64,000 nt of DNA from Acidobacteriota bacterium (GTDB lineage: Bacteria > Acidobacteriota > Thermoanaerobaculia > Multivoradales > UBA5704): the NCBI GenBank assembly GCA_046765915.1, contig JBKPTH010000002.1:28552-92551 (forward strand), read 5' to 3'. Numbering within the stretch: the first letter of the stretch is position 1; the number at the start of each line of letters is the position of its first letter. A program made the position numbers and the translations under genes. The notes beneath the pieces are model-generated. The model did no database searches and was not told the origin of the DNA. It saw only the letters and a list, made by a program, of their open reading frames with translations. Positions 8,831 through 18,434 of this stretch are shown piece after piece.

Positions 8831-10313
8831 CGCGCCGCTCGCCTCCATCGAGCCAGGCCCCTGGATACGTTTTTTCCTTGGGCACCCCCATGAGCTCCAG
8901 GAGCCGCATGGGGGCGAAGCCCCCCTGAAGCTCCAGCACGTACGGCGTGTTGTGCAGCCGCCAGAGGTTGTCGAAGTTCGCATTCAGGATCGGCTCACTA
9001 CCGCCCTGATAGATGAAGGCGCCGACCGCCTGCACCCAAACCGAAAACACACAGGCGGCGACGAACAGCAGCTTCGGCAGCGGGCGCAGCGCCGCCACGA
9101 TGGGCGCAAGCATCCAGATCAAGATCGGCAGCACGTCGGTGAGGAAACGTGGGCCGTAAGAAAACCCGCCGCGCCAATCCGAGCGCGCGTAGAGCAGGAG
9201 TTGGAGCACCACGCCCGTGGCGAGGCACAGGGTGAGCTGGCGCCAACGCGGATCCTCCGAGCTGACACGAAAACGGAGCGGCAGAAACAGCAAGAACGGC
9301 GCGAAGGTGAAAAGGCCTTTGCCGGGACTGAAGAGCAGTCCCACAATTCCTACGGGGATTGGCTGGGAGAAGAACTGGGACCCGGCTAGAATGATGCCGT
9401 AGCCGCCGCTCACATTCCCGAACATCCAAAGGTTATAGGCCAGCGTCAACGCAGCCGGGATCGCAGCGGCGGCGAAAAAGGCGACCGCCCGCCTGCGGGC
9501 CCAGGGGAGAGCATAGGCGGCGAAGCCGACCGCCAACAGAGCATTCGCGGGGCGGTTCGCGGGTAGGAGGCCGGTGGCCAGCCCGGCCGCGATCACGTTG
9601 CCCCATCGCGGCTGCCGGGACATCAGCAAGAGGCTCGCCGTCACGAACAGCTCGGTGGCGCCGTGCTGCCAGAGGGCTTGGCTGCTGCTCATCCAGTGGT
9701 TGGTGCCGAAGGCATAGGCGCCAGTCACGAGCAGGGCCTCCTGCACGGCGACGCGGCGCCTGAGCAGCAGGAACATGAGGCCCACCGTCAGGGCGGCGAC
9801 GGTCGATGCCGCCACCTTTTCCATGATCTCGCCGACCACAGCGAGGCGTTGATCGGACCTTCCGCTCTGGTGCAGGTAGAGGACGGCGGGTAAGTACAGC
9901 GGGGTGACCAGCAGCGGCGTCACCACCGGGTAGGTCGAGGCCGTCCGGCCGTCGCGCGAGGTGAGAATCCAATAGATGATGGAATGGGGATACCCTCCGC
10001 GGGTCGCCTCGAGGACGGAGTCGAGGTGCAGGCTTCCCTCCTCCCAGATCGCGAACGGCAGGAAACGGGCCGGCAGCGAGTCGCCGGTCGCAATGGTGCG
10101 GAAATTGGCGTTGTAGACGAGCAAGGACAGAAAAGCCAGCAGGACCGCCAGATAGAGGTCCCGGCGCCCCGCCGGCGCCAGAGCGAGCGGGCGACCCTGG
10201 ATGCCGGGCACCTCAACGGCGAGCACGCGGCAGCTCTGCGACGAGGAATCGCTCGTTGTAGACGGGGATGACGACAGGAGCTTGAGCTCTCTGCTGTTGA
10301 CCTGATCGAGCAT
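8811..10313 (-). CDS. polytopic GT-C-like membrane protein (putative lipid-linked-sugar-dependent glycosyltransferase); start supplied by a duplicated GT2 leader and 5' segment
   Basis: About 12 predicted TM helices with a large C-terminal soluble region. The only in-frame start codons (ATG 10313, GTG ~10210) lie inside the duplicated segment. Confidence 0.5.
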   Translation of the reverse strand: MLDQVNSRELKLLSSSPSTTSDSSSQSCRVLAVEVPGIQGRPLALAPAGRRDLYLAVLLAFLSLLVYNANFRTIATGDSLPARFLPFAIWEEGSLHLDSVLEATRGGYPHSIIYWILTSRDGRTASTYPVVTPLLVTPLYLPAVLYLHQSGRSDQRLAVVGEIMEKVAASTVAALTVGLMFLLLRRRVAVQEALLVTGAYAFGTNHWMSSSQALWQHGATELFVTASLLLMSRQPRWGNVIAAGLATGLLPANRPANALLAVGFAAYALPWARRRAVAFFAAAAIPAALTLAYNLWMFGNVSGGYGIILAGSQFFSQPIPVGIVGLLFSPGKGLFTFAPFLLFLPLRFRVSSEDPRWRQLTLCLATGVVLQLLLYARSDWRGGFSYGPRFLTDVLPILIWMLAPIVAALRPLPKLLFVAACVFSVWVQAVGAFIYQGGSEPILNANFDNLWRLHNTPYVLELQGGFAPMRLLELMGVPKEKTYPGAWLDGGERRVIGSSR

Positions 10314-10348
10314 CGGACCTCTCGAACAGCGTATGTTAACACGCTGGC
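10195..10348. repeat. copy 2 of the ~155 bp direct repeat (diverged, with small indels)
   Basis: It aligns to 8600-8758. Its translation (MLDQVNSRELKL...RVLAVEVPGIQG) matches MLGQANSQELKL...RVLAVEVPGIQG, with a frameshifted middle part. Confidence 0.8.
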
Positions 10349-10397
10349 TGCTCTGGTGGCGAAGGGCGAACTCGAGCTGATATAAGATAACAACTTC

Positions 10398-12452
10398 ATG
10401 GAACCGCTCGGCCGATCTTCGCCGCCGGTCACCGGCGTGCCCGACGCCCTGCGCATGCCGCACCCAGTATCCGCGGCGGCCACGGCCCGCCGCTTCACCC
10501 TGGCCCTCGCCCTGGTGGTGCTGGCGGTCGAGCTGGTCCTATATTTCCCGACGCTCGGCGCTTCCTGGGCCTACGACGACATGGACTACCTCAACTTGGC
10601 CGGGGACGTGCTGGCGGGTAAGCGACCGTTCTGGAACATGGTGTTCTTCCCCCAGGGCGAGCACCTAGTGATGATCCAACGCCTGGTCGTCTTCGCCAGC
10701 TTGAAGCTTTTCGGCGTCGACGTGCTCGCCTTCCGCCTGCTGAATCTGGCCGCTCATGCCGCAGCGGCGGTCTTCCTCGGTCTCATGGCGAGACGCGCCA
10801 GCGGGTCGGATGCCGCGGGCCTCGCCACCGGCGTCACCTATGTGGGGGCCGCGGGCCTGTCTTCGATGTGGGTCTGGTTCCCGACCGGCGCCGGCCTGAC
10901 CTTCGGGATCGCCTTCCTGACCGGCGCGGCGGCCGCCCTGGCCCATCGCGCGCGGCTCGGTGTCCGCCGCGCCCGCGTCCTGGCGGGATTGGGGGTCGTG
11001 CTCGGCCTCGCCTCGGAGAGCACGCTCTTCCCGCTGGTGGCGCTCCCCGTACTGCTCGACGAGGCCGAGCGGCGGCGTGAGGGGGCGCGGCGGCCGATCG
11101 GCGCCTTTGCGGTCTTCTGCGCCGTGGCGGTCGTGGCCTGCGTCGGCCTGGCTTCTTTCTTCTACCGCGGGAACTACGGGGGCTCGGGCTTTTCCATCAG
11201 CCTCCGCCACGGCATCCCGCGCGCCGTCTTCCTGATGCTGGTCGCCCCGTTCCGCCTGCTCTTCCCTGGCATTTGGACCGGCGCCTCCGATCCCGGCTTG
11301 AAGACGGCCGTTCTCGGCAGCGCCCTGGGCCTCGCGGTGGCGCTGCCGGCCGTCGCCCTCCTCCTCGCGCTCTGGCGGCGCGGCGCTCCCCGGCTCGCCG
11401 CCATTGCGGCGTTCGCCGCGGTCGGTCCTTTGGGTATAGTGGGACTGGTCGGGCTGGGGCGCTGGCGCACCAGCTACTGGGAGATCTTCGACGCCGACCG
11501 CTACTTCTTCACCTTGCTGATCCCCCTGTCGCTGCTCGCGGGAGCGGTGGCGGCCACCGCCTCCGAGCGCCTGCGGTCCTGGCCCTGGCGTCCCCGGATC
11601 GCTCTGTTGCTGCTGCTGTTCCTCGCTTTCGGCACCGAGCTGGCGCTCCACCGGCGGGCGATGCTCAACCGCATCCCGTTCCATGTCTATGACGACCACG
11701 AGAGGCGGCTGGATCAGCTCTCCCGGCTTGCCGACCGGCTCGAGACCGCGGCGCGGACCCTGCCCCCGGCTGCGCCGCCGCTCGAGTTTCCCGACACCGA
11801 CTTCTGGTTTCCCGAGGTGCACAACGGCCGGATCTCGGCGAGGCTCTTCGTCTACGCCATCTCCGACCGTGCCGACGGCCGCCTGCGCCTCGGCGGTCTG
11901 CGCGTCAGCGAGCGGGATTCCCGAATCCTCAATGCGGTCCTGGCAGCCTGGGCGCAGGAGATCGGCGAGCCGGGTCCCTTCTTGTCGATCGTCGACGGCC
12001 GTCTAGTCGACGCTCGTATTGCCCCCTTCGTCGATTTCCGAACCGATGCGCACGACGCGGTGGTGGTGAGCGGCTTCTACCGCTGGGAAGAGGCCAGCCG
12101 CTGGATGAGCAGGCGCGGCGAGCTGCGCCTGTCCCTGAGGTCGCGGCACCTCGCCTTCCTCCTGGCTGTGCCGCGGGAGGCCCTTGCCGGGCCGCAGGAG
12201 ATCGCGGTGACGGTGACGGCCGTCGACGAGGAGAGCGGCGGCTCGGCCGGGCTCGGCACGATCCACGTCCGGCAGGAAGGGATCCAGCGTTATCCGCTCG
12301 ACGCCAAGCCTTTCCTGGGCCGCATGGGGGCCGGCCGCATCGTCCGCCTCGTGCTGGAGAGCGACCGCACGTGGCGGCCGGACGCCACGATTCCGGGCTC
12401 GCTCGACCCCCGGCCTCTTTCCGTCCAGGTCTTTGCCGCGGGCTGCGAGTAG
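10398..12452 (+). CDS. polytopic membrane protein with C-terminal soluble domain, GT-C-like (possible glycosyltransferase)
   Basis: About 11 TM helices. The first loop carries the acidic motif WAYDDMDY, reminiscent of GT-C catalytic loops. It is divergent from the neighbouring membrane-protein gene. Confidence 0.45.
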   Translation: MEPLGRSSPPVTGVPDALRMPHPVSAAATARRFTLALALVVLAVELVLYFPTLGASWAYDDMDYLNLAGDVLAGKRPFWNMVFFPQGEHLVMIQRLVVFASLKLFGVDVLAFRLLNLAAHAAAAVFLGLMARRASGSDAAGLATGVTYVGAAGLSSMWVWFPTGAGLTFGIAFLTGAAAALAHRARLGVRRARVLAGLGVVLGLASESTLFPLVALPVLLDEAERRREGARRPIGAFAVFCAVAVVACVGLASFFYRGNYGGSGFSISLRHGIPRAVFLMLVAPFRLLFPGIWTGASDPGLKTAVLGSALGLAVALPAVALLLALWRRGAPRLAAIAAFAAVGPLGIVGLVGLGRWRTSYWEIFDADRYFFTLLIPLSLLAGAVAATASERLRSWPWRPRIALLLLLFLAFGTELALHRRAMLNRIPFHVYDDHERRLDQLSRLADRLETAARTLPPAAPPLEFPDTDFWFPEVHNGRISARLFVYAISDRADGRLRLGGLRVSERDSRILNAVLAAWAQEIGEPGPFLSIVDGRLVDARIAPFVDFRTDAHDAVVVSGFYRWEEASRWMSRRGELRLSLRSRHLAFLLAVPREALAGPQEIAVTVTAVDEESGGSAGLGTIHVRQEGIQRYPLDAKPFLGRMGAGRIVRLVLESDRTWRPDATIPGSLDPRPLSVQVFAAGCE

Positions 12453-12459
12453 CCGCTTG

Positions 12460-14991
12460 CTACCGCCCTGATTTCCGGAGCTCCCAATCGCTTGCGCTCT
12501 GCACGCTTGGCCCGGCTCCTGGGGTCCGTTTCCTGTCACGCCACAGAGCCGTGCCGATCAGCGCGAGGACGATCAACGCCGCTGCGAGAGACGCCACCAG
12601 TCCTGGCAGCAGACCCGGCGGAAAGTAGCTCAGCTCGACGACCAAGTCCCCGGCCGGCACCCGCACTGCGCGGAAGGCGTAGTTCGCCGCCAGGATCGGT
12701 GCAGGCCGCCCGTTGACGGTCGCCCGCCAGCCGGGGAAGAAAGACTCCGAGCAGTAGACCAGGCCGGGCCGCGGCGCATGGACCCGCAGCGTCACGCGGT
12801 TGCGCGAGAGCTCTTCCACCACGACCGGCGGCTCTCTCCCATCGTTCGGCACCGACGGAAACGCTGGCGGTTGCTCGACCAGGACCTCACGGTCAGCGCG
12901 GACCTCTGCCAGAGCCGGTAGGATCTTCTCGCGCGGCAGCCGGCGGTAGCGCGAAGTGAAGTAGTACCGGGGCGGCGTCGCTCTCTCGAACAGCCGCACG
13001 TAGCCGTCCGCGAAGAACTCTCTGTATCCCCTCTTAGCAGCTTCGACCGCTAGCGCGGAGCGGTCGACTTCGCGGATCGCCAGTAGCCCTACGTTGGCCG
13101 CATCGAGGACACCGTCGGGGGGCAACAGCGAAGCCTCACTGAGGAACAGGTAGGCACCCGGGGCCGCGTAGCTCTTGTACAGCTCGAGCATGCGCGGCGG
13201 GTTGAAAGTCATCATCGAATCGACCTGGAACAGCTCGAAAACCGACGCCGCGTTCGGGTGGAAGGCACCCGCGCCGTAGATGCGCCCCGCGTCCCGCCTT
13301 GCCAGCAGCTTCTGGACGTACGGCACGGGGTGCTTCCAGATGTTCCAGCGATCCTGCCGCGGATAGTAGGTGTTGATCACTCCCTCGACGGCCAGAAGCG
13401 CCACGATCGCGGCGGCGCACAGCCGCCGGCGCTTGACGCTCGGCTCGCGGGCTCCGGCGAGCGTCAGCAGGACCGCCGACGTCACCACGAGCAGGGCCAT
13501 GGCCAGGTACCACCGCGTGAGCCAAGCCGCGGCCTGCGAGTGAGCGAACGTGCCACGAACCAGGGCCACCGTCAGCATACCCAAGAGCACGATTCCCATG
13601 CCCAGGATGACGACCCAGACCCTGGTCCTCGACACCTTGCCACGCAGGAGACGCTCGAGGCCGATCCCCGCCGCGAACCCGAGCAGGATGTTGAGCGGAA
13701 TGCCGAAGTAATGCGCGAAGTGGATGGTCCTCAAGACCGGCAGCCGGGTCAGCGATTGCACGGGCTCGATGCCGGCCAGTTTGAGGACGATGAGCGCCGC
13801 AGCGGTCGCGACCACCACGAAAAACAGCCGGGTGTGCCGGGGCCCGACCCGTCCGGCCAGGCCTGCGATGAGCATGGCGACGACGCCGAGATACGGGAGG
13901 GTGATGCCGAGGCCGCCGATGTCAGGCATCGGCGGGCTCACGAAGACCTTGCCTCCGCCCATGAGAACCGGGGAGAGGAGTTGGGAAAACTGGTACCAAG
14001 GGAGGAAAGTGACCGATGCACCCTGGTAGTGCGCCGTGACCTGAGGGGTTGCTCGCATGACGGCGAAGGCGGGTAGGTAGTAGAAGCCCACCAGCCCCAA
14101 GGAGAGCGCGACGGCCGCCAGATACCGGCCTGCCTGCCGCGCTCTGTCTTCACCCGCCGCGATCAGGACGGTCGCGTACAGCCCTGACAGGCCGAAGGCG
14201 GCGAAGAGCAGCGGCGGAAAACTCGCCAGCGCCATCGCCGCGTAGCCGGCGGCGAGGAGCGCGGCGCGGCACCAGCTCGGCCGATCGAGGAACCACCGGG
14301 TCAGCAGGAGCGCCGGTGGCAGGCAGGCCGCGGTCTGTCCCATGAATGAGCCGACGTTCTGGTTGAGGCCGCCGCAGAAGAGGACTGCCACAGCGGCCGC
14401 AAATGACGCTTCCCGCGACAGGTGATGGCGGCGTAGGAGGAGGTACGAGAAAAAGGCCGCCGACAAAAGGACAGTCAGGAAGTACACGTTCTTGAGCGCC
14501 ACACCGTTGCCCAGCGCCACGAGTACGAGAGAGGGCGGAAAGAAGAACGCGGGGGTGAGATTCGCCATGGCAGGCACGCCCCCTCCCACGTAGGGATCCC
14601 ACCAGGGCAGCTCGCCGCGCCGCAGCCCTCGGCGCAGGAACTCGCCGCCCGGCTCCCATTGCCACCAGGTCGCACCGGCATCGTGGAAGTTTGCATAAGT
14701 CGACAAATTCCTGCTCGTCCAGACCTCGGCGGGCAAGAAGTCGGGTCCCTGGGTCTGCTCGAACATCCGGTAGTCCAGCGGGTTGTAATTGTCGCTGTAG
14801 ACCAGCGAGCGGCCGCCAAACACGACGTTGCAGTATGCCGCCGCAAGGAGCAGCAGGAGCAGGCCGCAGACCGCAGCTGCCTCCCGCAGTGGAATCGCCA
14901 TCCGGGGCTCCCCGGCAGGGGGTTGGACGAGCTTCTCTCCCGCCGGTTGCGCGAGCTCCTCGCCGGCCGCTACGGGACGCTCGTGCGTCAT
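12460..14991 (-). CDS. YfhO-like large polytopic membrane protein (GT-C superfamily-like)
   Basis: An 843 aa protein with many TM helices and a C-terminal extracytoplasmic domain. Its start overlaps the stop of the upstream dehydrogenase gene (ATGA), indicating the same operon. Confidence 0.5.
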   Translation of the reverse strand: MTHERPVAAGEELAQPAGEKLVQPPAGEPRMAIPLREAAAVCGLLLLLLAAAYCNVVFGGRSLVYSDNYNPLDYRMFEQTQGPDFLPAEVWTSRNLSTYANFHDAGATWWQWEPGGEFLRRGLRRGELPWWDPYVGGGVPAMANLTPAFFFPPSLVLVALGNGVALKNVYFLTVLLSAAFFSYLLLRRHHLSREASFAAAVAVLFCGGLNQNVGSFMGQTAACLPPALLLTRWFLDRPSWCRAALLAAGYAAMALASFPPLLFAAFGLSGLYATVLIAAGEDRARQAGRYLAAVALSLGLVGFYYLPAFAVMRATPQVTAHYQGASVTFLPWYQFSQLLSPVLMGGGKVFVSPPMPDIGGLGITLPYLGVVAMLIAGLAGRVGPRHTRLFFVVVATAAALIVLKLAGIEPVQSLTRLPVLRTIHFAHYFGIPLNILLGFAAGIGLERLLRGKVSRTRVWVVILGMGIVLLGMLTVALVRGTFAHSQAAAWLTRWYLAMALLVVTSAVLLTLAGAREPSVKRRRLCAAAIVALLAVEGVINTYYPRQDRWNIWKHPVPYVQKLLARRDAGRIYGAGAFHPNAASVFELFQVDSMMTFNPPRMLELYKSYAAPGAYLFLSEASLLPPDGVLDAANVGLLAIREVDRSALAVEAAKRGYREFFADGYVRLFERATPPRYYFTSRYRRLPREKILPALAEVRADREVLVEQPPAFPSVPNDGREPPVVVEELSRNRVTLRVHAPRPGLVYCSESFFPGWRATVNGRPAPILAANYAFRAVRVPAGDLVVELSYFPPGLLPGLVASLAAALIVLALIGTALWRDRKRTPGAGPSVQSASDWELRKSGR

Positions 14992-16229
14992 AGGACCCCC
15001 GGGGTGAATGCCAGCAGGTTCGGCTGCCGCATGGCGCGCAGGATCTCGTGTTTGCGATAGCGGATCTCGGTGACGATCAGGTCGTGCGGCACCAGGATCG
15101 CCAGCGCATCCGCGCCGCGCGCCACCGCCAGGACCGAGTCGCAGGCCATGCCGGAGACGAGGGGATCGTAGAGCGCGACGTCGAGCCCTCGCGACTGGAG
15201 GATTCCGAACACTTCCATCGCCGGGCTCTCGCGCAGGTCGCGCACGTTCGGCTTGTAGGTGGCTCCGAGGCAGACGACTCTCGGCCTCTCCACGCCGTCG
15301 ACCGCGGCGCAGATCTTGTCCGCCGTGCGCGCCGGCATCGCGTCATTGAGCTGGCGTGCGGCGCACAGCAGCCCGCTGAGGTCGGGGCAGGCGGCGACCA
15401 GGAACCACGGGTCCACCGGGATGCAGTGGCCGCCGACGCCGATGCCGGGCTTCAAGATGTCCACCCGCGGATGGTGGTTGGCGAGCTCGATCGCCTCCCC
15501 CGCGTCGATGCCCAGCCGCTCGCAGAGCACGGCCACCTGGTTCGCAAACGCGACGTTGACGTCGCGATAGGAGTTCTCGATCAGCTTGACGAACTCGGCG
15601 GTCCTCGCGTCGGTGAGCAGCAGCCTGCCCTTGACGAAACTGTTCAGCAGCTCGGCCGCCCGCCGGCTGGAGCGCTGGTCCACGCCGCCCACGATCCGCG
15701 CGTTGAACACCGCCTCGGCCATGATGTTGCCCGGCAGCACCCGCTCCGGGCAGTGGGCGAGCAGCAGGTCCGTCCCGACGCGCAGGCCGCCGCGCTCGAG
15801 GATCGGCCGCACGATGTTCTCGGTCGTAAGCGGCGGAATCGTCGACTCCACCACCACCAGATTGCCGCGGCGCAAGAAGGGCAGAATCGACTCGGTCGCC
15901 GCCACGACCGCTTCCAGATCTGGCGCCTTGGTCGCGTGGTCGACCGGCGTGGGCACGGCGATGACGAACGCATCGGCCTCCACCGGCGTGGTCTGCGCCC
16001 GCAGGTTGGCCTGGACGTCCGGGTCCTCGAAGAAGCTCTCGAAGTCCTCCTTCTCCTCGATCTTGGCGCGGCGCTCGTTGATCTCGCGCACCACCTGATC
16101 GTCGATGTCGACGGCGGTAACCTCGAGCCCCGTCTTGGCGAGGTGGAGACAGAGAGGAAGGCCGACGTAGCCGGCACCGACGACGGCCACCGACCGCAAG
16201 GGGGGCAGGCTCAGTGGCTCAGACACCAT
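14988..16229 (-). CDS. UDP-sugar 6-dehydrogenase (UDP-N-acetyl-D-mannosamine / UDP-glucose dehydrogenase family)
   Basis: The N-terminal Rossmann motif VAVVGAGYVGLP is present. The catalytic region is GGHCIPVDPWFL and the C-terminal UDP-binding domain includes LGATYKPNVRDLRESPA. The six-frame ORF is over-extended; the real start is ATG 16229. Confidence 0.8.
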   Translation of the reverse strand: MVSEPLSLPPLRSVAVVGAGYVGLPLCLHLAKTGLEVTAVDIDDQVVREINERRAKIEEKEDFESFFEDPDVQANLRAQTTPVEADAFVIAVPTPVDHATKAPDLEAVVAATESILPFLRRGNLVVVESTIPPLTTENIVRPILERGGLRVGTDLLLAHCPERVLPGNIMAEAVFNARIVGGVDQRSSRRAAELLNSFVKGRLLLTDARTAEFVKLIENSYRDVNVAFANQVAVLCERLGIDAGEAIELANHHPRVDILKPGIGVGGHCIPVDPWFLVAACPDLSGLLCAARQLNDAMPARTADKICAAVDGVERPRVVCLGATYKPNVRDLRESPAMEVFGILQSRGLDVALYDPLVSGMACDSVLAVARGADALAILVPHDLIVTEIRYRKHEILRAMRQPNLLAFTPGVL

Positions 16230-17139
16230 AGTACTCCCGCTGCCAGGCGATGGTGCGCGCGATGCCCTCCTCGAGGCCCACCGTCTCGCGATGATCGAGC
16301 TCGCGGCGGGCGCGCTCGTTGGAGGATTGCTTGTCGCGCGTGTTGTGCGCCTCGGCCGCCAGATAGCGCACCCAGCGATCGTCTTTGCCGAGCTGGGCCA
16401 GAGCGAGGTCCGAGATCGTCTTGATATCGTGCAGGGTATCGCCCGCGATATTGTAGACCGCCCCCGGCCGGAAGCGCTCGCAGATCGTCGCCAGGGTGCG
16501 CGCCGTGTCGTCGATGTAGGTCGAGGTCCGCCGGTGATCGAGGTAGACCGTGTACGGCAGGTCGTGCAGGGCGCAGTAGACGAACTTGCAGATGACGCTC
16601 CGGTACTCGCTGTAGGGCTCTCCCGGGCCATAGGTGTTGAACAGGCGCACGGTGACGGTCTCGGTGCCGTGCAAGGCGGCGGAGTTGCGCACCTGCAGCT
16701 CATTGACCCACTTGGACACGGCGTAGTCGTTGAGCTGTTGGATCGGATTCTGGTCCGGCACGTCCTCGTGCATTACGCCCGCGTAGTCGCCGTAGATCTC
16801 CGAGCTGGAGAAGACGACCATGCGGAAGCGGCGCTTCTCCTGCAGCCGGATCAGGTTCTTGGTGCCCACGGCGTTGGTGCGCCACAACGACTCGTAAAAG
16901 TCCTCGCCGTTGATGCGTCCGAACTCCGCCGCGGCATGATAGACGAGCTCGAACGGCACTTCGTCGAAGACCCGCTCGAGCTGCCGGTGCTCGCCGACGT
17001 CGCAGCGGTAGTAGAAGCTGCCCCGCACGCCGTGGTGGTGTGCGCGATCGAGAACCCAGACCTCGTGTCCCGCCTGGCGCAGCCGCTCGGACAGCGGCGC
17101 GCCGACGGCGCCCAGACCGCCCGTCACCAGAATCTTCAT
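16219..17139 (-). CDS. NAD-dependent epimerase/dehydratase (SDR family)
   Basis: Begins MKILVTGGLGAVG. The motif YAVSK supplies the catalytic Tyr-x3-Lys. Confidence 0.7.
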   Translation of the reverse strand: MKILVTGGLGAVGAPLSERLRQAGHEVWVLDRAHHHGVRGSFYYRCDVGEHRQLERVFDEVPFELVYHAAAEFGRINGEDFYESLWRTNAVGTKNLIRLQEKRRFRMVVFSSSEIYGDYAGVMHEDVPDQNPIQQLNDYAVSKWVNELQVRNSAALHGTETVTVRLFNTYGPGEPYSEYRSVICKFVYCALHDLPYTVYLDHRRTSTYIDDTARTLATICERFRPGAVYNIAGDTLHDIKTISDLALAQLGKDDRWVRYLAAEAHNTRDKQSSNERARRELDHRETVGLEEGIARTIAWQREYYGV

Positions 17140-17180
17140 GCTCGTCTGCTCTCCTTTTCTATCCAAGCTCGCCGTCCAGC

Positions 17181-18434
17181 TCACCAGTCGAGGATGACCC
17201 ACCTTCCGGTCAGCCGATTGATCAATGCCTTGATCAGGATCTTGCCATAACCGGGCCCTGCCCGCAGAAACGAAAAGTTGCTCTGCCCCGAGGCGCGCTT
17301 AAGGTGGCAGACGTCGACCTCGGCCACGCGGCGGGTGGCGAACCACGCCTTGAACGTGATCTCGGGCGAGATCTCGAAGCCGCCGCTCTCCGGGCCGGAG
17401 CGGTCGAAGATGCCGCGGTCGAAGACGCGAAAGGCGTTGGTGTAATCGGATAGCCGCAGTCCGATCATCAGGCGCGTGGTCAGCCGGAAGCAGAAGCTCC
17501 AGAAGCGGTAGATCCGCGGCACGGTCTGGTAGTTGCGACGGTATCGGTAGCGCGAGCCGATGGCCAGCGCAAACCCCTGATCGCGCACCTTCGCGAACAT
17601 CTCCGGGATGCGGTCGATCTCGTCGGAGCCGTCGCCCATGGTGACCGCCACGATCCGCGCCCGTGCGTGCCGCAGACCATAGCGGATGCCGTTGCCCATG
17701 CCGCGCGGCAGCGGCTTGGTAAAGGCCCGGACGCGTGGCGACCGCCACATCTGGGAAAGCGCCACCGCGTAGGTCGCATCCGGGCTCGCGTCGTCGACCA
17801 GCAGGATCTCGGCGTTGAGCCCGCTGCGGTCGAGCATCGCCAGCAGCCGGTCGCAGACGAGATCCAGATTGCCCTCCTCTTTGTAGGCGGGGACGACGAT
17901 GCTGAGCTCCGGCGGCACCACAGCCAGGGTCCCGGCGAGCCAGCGCGCCACGGTTGCCACGATCCTCTCTCCCGCTCGTGCGTCCTGGCCGGGATGCCCG
18001 GAGGGCAGCAGCGTCGAGCCGTAGCGGGGGTCGTTCAGCGCCGCCGGGAAGAGATCCTCGTGGGCGAGAAAGAAGAGGTCGGGACGCTGCTTGGTGCGAT
18101 CGCTGAGGTTGTGCAGCTCCTCCAGCGTTGCCATCAGGTAGAAGACCGGGAGGCCCAGCAGGTCGGCGGCCACCGCGACCAGCCGGGCCAGCGGCCCGCT
18201 CTCGGCCACGAAGCAGGCCACCGGCCGCTCGGCCTCCAGGCCGGCGACGATCTGCACGAAGTCCGGCAGGGCCACTCCGGCCGCCACCGAGCTTCCGACC
18301 TCGCGCGCCGGCGCCGCCGCCGGCTGCAGCCCGCTCAGACAGAAGTAGACGGGCGCGATGCCCGCGCGCGGGAAGTCGATGGCCGGCAGCCAACGCCGCT
18401 GGGACTCGCTCTCGACCGCCGCCACGAGCCGCAT
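17181..18434 (-). CDS. GT2 polyprenyl-phosphate sugar synthase-like glycosyltransferase with ~170 aa N-terminal domain of unknown function
   Basis: The C-terminal part (LSIVVPAYKEEGNLD...LLVDDASPDAT...AIGSRY) is Dpm1-like. The start is ATG 18434, overlapping the upstream stop by 1 nt. Confidence 0.65.
   Translation of the reverse strand: MRLVAAVESESQRRWLPAIDFPRAGIAPVYFCLSGLQPAAAPAREVGSSVAAGVALPDFVQIVAGLEAERPVACFVAESGPLARLVAVAADLLGLPVFYLMATLEELHNLSDRTKQRPDLFFLAHEDLFPAALNDPRYGSTLLPSGHPGQDARAGERIVATVARWLAGTLAVVPPELSIVVPAYKEEGNLDLVCDRLLAMLDRSGLNAEILLVDDASPDATYAVALSQMWRSPRVRAFTKPLPRGMGNGIRYGLRHARARIVAVTMGDGSDEIDRIPEMFAKVRDQGFALAIGSRYRYRRNYQTVPRIYRFWSFCFRLTTRLMIGLRLSDYTNAFRVFDRGIFDRSGPESGGFEISPEITFKAWFATRRVAEVDVCHLKRASGQSNFSFLRAGPGYGKILIKALINRLTGRWVILDW

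Noticed and set aside
5856-8983. ORFs 5856-7097(+), 7118-8983(-), 7120-8547(+)
   Set aside because: Wrong-frame or antisense shadows of the GT4 and GT2-methyltransferase genes with low-complexity composition.
10314-10463. Upstream extension of the membrane protein ORF to 10463 (MRHAQGVGHAG...)
   Set aside because: The extension crosses the divergent promoter region and the duplicated leader and has non-coding-like composition. The start is more likely at the duplicated ATG 10313.
14988-16703. 571 aa ORF for the dehydrogenase
   Set aside because: The first 158 residues are Ser/Thr/Pro/Arg-rich junk overlapping the epimerase gene. The true start is the ATG at 16229, which overlaps the epimerase stop.
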